This document shows positions 60,124 through 64,000 of a stretch of 64,000 nucleotides of DNA, in pieces (the stretch's first letter is position 1; each line of letters starts with the position of its first letter). A program made the position numbers and the translations under genes. The stretch is from Haliotis rufescens (taxonomy: Eukaryota). A model generated the notes under the pieces. That model saw nothing but the letters and a program-made list of their open reading frames with translations, was not told the DNA's origin and searched no databases. Location of the stretch: positions 930,001 to 994,000 of the forward strand of contig NW_025964390.1 of the NCBI RefSeq assembly GCF_023055435.1, written 5' to 3'.

Positions 60124-60403
60124 GGGGGCACGGGTGGCCCAGTCGTCTAACGCGCCGCAATTTGCTGTGCAGAGTTGCGTCCCTTGGGCACACCAGAAAC
60201 CTATGATTGTGGGTTCGAATCCCGGTTCGCCCCAATGATGTTTCTAGGTTTGTCAGCACCATACCCGTGCTCGTGGGTATCACCGAAGTGGTAAACGTCT
60301 GAGACCTGCATCACTTCGGGCTTTCCTCCCACATTAAGCTGACACTCCGCGATATAACTGGAATACTGTTAAAAGCGGCGTTAAACCCAACTCACTCACT
60401 CAC
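60124..60403 (+). mobile_element. SINE family A (tRNA-derived head, (ACTC)n tail), full-length; other copies 738-991(-), 1698-1979(-), 3977-4252(-), 15150-15312, 17235-17420, 23617-23847, 36843-37110(-), 45160-45345(-), 51897-52082(-)
   Basis: A-box-like TGGCCCAGTCGTCTAA, B-box GGTTCGAATCCC and tail ctggaatactgttaaaagcggcgttaaacccaactcactc. TSD tcttaccttca (60111/60404); the copy at 738 has TSD cttaagcatcatca. Confidence 0.88.
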
Positions 60404-62218
60404 TCTTACCTTCAAATCTCTTGGATATGTCCTACTCTGAAATATGAACACTGGGATCGTATCTCATTGTCGAAATAACAGGCTCCGTGGGGTAGAGGAT
60501 TAAGCGACTTGCCGGAGAGCGGAAGGTCGGTGGTTCGAGCCCTGGCTGCGTCATACCAAAAGACGTTTAACGGTGGCACGTGTTGTTACCTACCTGGCGC
60601 TCGGCATTATGGGTATAAGACAAGGACTGGTCGGCTCGGAGTCAGTATATTTTGCCTGAGTGGGAAATCCACGTTAAGCTGTTGAATGGTATCTCCTTGG
60701 GTCAGCGCTATAATATAAGCGACAAAACCCTTCTATATTGATAAGAAATGCCCACTAAAAGCAAAGTCGATTTACGATTCCGACTATGTGGTGAGCATGT
60801 GTTAAAATAGTGATGATACCAGGTGTTCGGGAAAAGGTGCGCGTATCCTGCACCATCGATGGGACACGTCATAAACACATGCAATGGCAAGTCAATTGTT
60901 CGCCTGAAACAAAAACATGGGGAAAATGGTACAAGTCGAAATAGGAAACTGCATGGAAGATATTTTTCTCACGGATGCGTCAAATTAGGAAATGTCCTCC
61001 ATTTCTCTACCCTGAAAGTTTTTGAAAGCGTTCCTACAATCAAGGATGATGGAGGAACGGAGTGTTTACAAACCTGTCAAGTATTGATGTAATCGAGGAA
61101 CATGTTACAAACCCGTGAAGTATTGTTGTGATGGAGGAGCATAGTGTTTATAAACTGGTGAAGTATTGATGGCGGTTATTAATCAAAGAGAAAAAGACAA
61201 ACTTATCTACAAAGCCTATACCAATGAGATTGTTAATAAACAAATAAAAATGCTAAACCATAAACTCTTTTGAATGTGACCAGATCGAAATATATGATGC
61301 CAGTGTACACTGAATTCTGCTTTATCTGGAAAGATTAATGGATACATAAATAAGCAGTATAATTAATAAACAGAACCAGAAAGCACAACACAAACAATAC
61401 CGTATTCAACGTAAAACGCGCCCAGAGCGCTCTCAAAATTAGAAATAGGGGGCTCTTATTAGAATATAATTTTGTTGAAAGAGTTGAAATTTCGTGGTTT
61501 ATGCTTACAGCCTAAAATGATACAAAAGAATAGTCTGTGCGTATTATACACGACAGATATATTTTTCAAGAATTTTATTTCCGTAATTATGGGTGCATAT
61601 AACACGCGAGTGCGTATTATACACGAATAAATAAGTCGTGTGTACATTGTGTACGGTCGGAAGGGTGCTAAATGGGAATGCTCACTGGCCAAAATATATA
61701 GCATATAGCCGTGGGCGCTTATTTCGTCAAATACGGTAACCCACACCCTGCATCAGCCTGCGATCTCAACCTGAATACATGTACAGGAGGAGCAGCTGTT
61801 CAACTGATTAAATGCGTTTCCACGCGCTGGTCAATTTAGAATCATGATTGAAATATTAATTAACATAGAACCTTTTTTAATTATCCCATAAAAAGAATTT
61901 AAGAACAACTGTTTACTCAGCTGTAGATCCTAATTTAGGAAAACAACAACCCCTTTTAATGAAATGCCCTTAATGAAATATATGTATTACAGTCATTAAC
62001 TGTGATTATTAACGATATTTTGTCGAGGAGGATAAACAATAACACCAACCATACAATGGACAATTCAATATCACCATACTGAGTTTATGACACTATCTGT
62101 AATTACAACAAGGCAGCTGTTTCCAGATTGTGGAGAAAGTCAACCAACAAACAGAAAGGTAAAAGTAGTGAGGTGCTACCAGACACATGTACACTTGTAA
62201 TACTCCTTACTAGTGAGT

Positions 62219-62486
62219 GACCCGTGAAGATCCGGGGTAGAATAGGTCTTCAGCAACCCATGTTTGCCGTAAAAGGTGACTATGCTTGTCGTAAAAGGCG
62301 ACTAACGGGATCGGGTGGTCAGGCTCACTGACTTGGTTGATGCATATCATCGATCCCAATTGCGCGGATCGATGCTCATGATGTCAATCACTGGATTGTC
62401 TGGTCCAGACTCGATTATTTACAGACCACCGTCATATAGCTGGAATATTGCTGAGTGCGGCGTTAAACAACAAACAAACAAACAAA
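62219..62486 (+). mobile_element. SINE family D (no tRNA boxes; head containing gcttgtcgtaagaggcgactaa, RUDI-like; (AAAC)n tail); other copies 3500-3689(-), 3690-3925, 9780-9890, 16269-16524(-), 23942-24180, 27225-27487(-), 30835-31096, 32451-32710(-), 42893-43005(-), 43665-43890(-), 44905-45147, 51427-51680(-), 57980-58233(-), 60000-60062
   Basis: More than 12 dispersed copies of gacccgtgaagatccggggtagaataggtcttcagcaacccatg..atcactggattgtctggtccagactcgattatttacagaccgccgtcatatagctggaatattgctgagtgcggcgttaaacaacaaac. TSD tactagtgagt (62208/62487). Family name is from recall. Confidence 0.88.
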
Positions 62487-64000
62487 TACTAGTGAGTGAG
62501 TGAATGTTGTTTACCACCACCGTCAGCAATTTTACAGCTACATCACGGAACCCTGTAAAAATACGTGTCTGAATAAGTAAAAACCAGTGACTGAAAGCAT
62601 GAGCACCTATCCACGCTATCTGGACAAGGTGACACGCAATCAGCTCAGTATATTGATCTGATCACCCGATCCATTGTACTCTTACGACATACATAGGTCA
62701 TTGGGGACCAATTCATTCCCTGAATCGCATAAGGGTTGTCCAGAGTCTGAGAGAAGAAACGTTTCTGTGACCAAGTAGGTGCAGTATTTTGTAGCTACCA
62801 TTGAAAACGTTTATCTAACATGTAGGAATAAAGAAAATGTTTCAGCATAACACTGGCACTTTCTTTTATTGGAAGTCCGTATACTGTGGGTCCCAAGACG
62901 TATTTTGTCTTCTTCCCCAGAAGAAAGTTTATCTTGATTCAGTGACAGAAAACATGCTTAGTCTCTTACAAAAAAGGTCTTTCTGTCAAATGGTTAAAAT
63001 ATTAACAGTAACAACCAATGCCAATAAAACTGTGTCCACAAAAGACCTGGTTGGCTTCAGGCTGCGATCGGCAGATTAATTTATCTCATCCAGAGTGTTT
63101 TTTGTAATATGGGAAATATCTATGAGTCTTACTGCATTGGTATGTTTACGAGAAAATACCAATTAAAGATGTGAGACTCATATGTTCTATCATTCGTCAC
63201 CACTCGCCCCTTTCCGTAACCTGCATAAAGACTCGTCCCCCTATCGATGAATGTTATGTGCGAAAATTCGACAAACCAATCAGAATGCGCGCATGATTTT
63301 AAGTTCTTCGTCAAATAATCCCTCAGAAATAATTTTTGATTTTACATATGCCTTGCATCTAAAAACATACCCAAGACACAGTTACATGTGTTCAATCATA
63401 CTGTATAATTCCACATGTCCCAATGTGCTTTAAATTGCATCTGAAATATATATAATATATGGGGAAATATTTAACCATTAGGCAACGAGTTGACAATTGT
63501 TTTAGGTATGCCGGTTTGCGCTAAGACGAGTCGCTATTCGGCTTGTCCCGGAATAACACGAGTTGGTCACGAATGATGTTCTATATTATAACATAACAAA
63601 CACTCGTACTTCGCTGGTTTGTGTACATGCATCACACCATGAAAACACAGGACCACTATGTGGTGTAGTTGGCAGCGACGACTCTCTCTAATTAATCCCC
63701 CTAAGATAATATACTCCTCAAAAGAAGTTAAAGAACACCAGATATTCATCTTCCCGAGGCAAGGGCGTTAATTGACTATAAAAGTCCAGTTTCCACCCTT
63801 GCCGAACTGGAATTCCGGAGTTACATTTTGGCTGGACTAACGAGTATATGCATAGTCTAATCAAAACTGCGTATCGGACTAGACATACGGTTCTTAAACA
63901 ACATGAACTTTTTCAACGTGCAGTGAGTGAGTGAGTGAGTTTGGTTTTACGCCGCTTTTAAAATAGCAATATTCCAGCAATATCACGGCGGGGGACACCA

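Noticed and set aside
62315-62503. Recurrent short ORFs ending ..YRPPSYSWNIAECGVKQQTNK (also 24034, 27204, 51313, 57864)
   Set aside because: Translations of SINE family D, not a peptide gene family.

Overview
AT-rich, intron-rich animal genomic DNA with no prokaryotic features. The SINE and repeat content suggests a gastropod mollusc, possibly abalone (inference only). Left to right: (1) the 5' end of a DOCK1/2/5-type Rac-GEF gene on the minus strand (6 coding exons, continuing off the left edge); (2) head-to-head with it, a complete CFAP206 gene (16 coding exons, 626 aa by manual splicing); (3) three intron-less GLUT8/SLC2A8-like sugar-transporter ORFs, one on minus and two on plus inside a ~5.3-6.5 kb tandem duplication that has an internal inversion and a decayed Tc1 element; (4) a small 3-exon gene encoding a divergent Neuralized-homology (NHR)-like domain. 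Introns and intergenic DNA contain four SINE families with related 3' tails, several MITE families, a Helentron-like repeat-bearing element and large minisatellites. Main observations: four tandem arrays in three genes whose units contain the gene's own splice junction, including a DOCK intron built entirely from copies of its own donor and acceptor; a Penelope-like element with inverted hammerhead-ribozyme arms around a 2 kb minisatellite; and GLUT8 paralogues that differ mainly in the sugar-binding helix TM7. All exon coordinates were read by hand and are not confirmed by transcripts.
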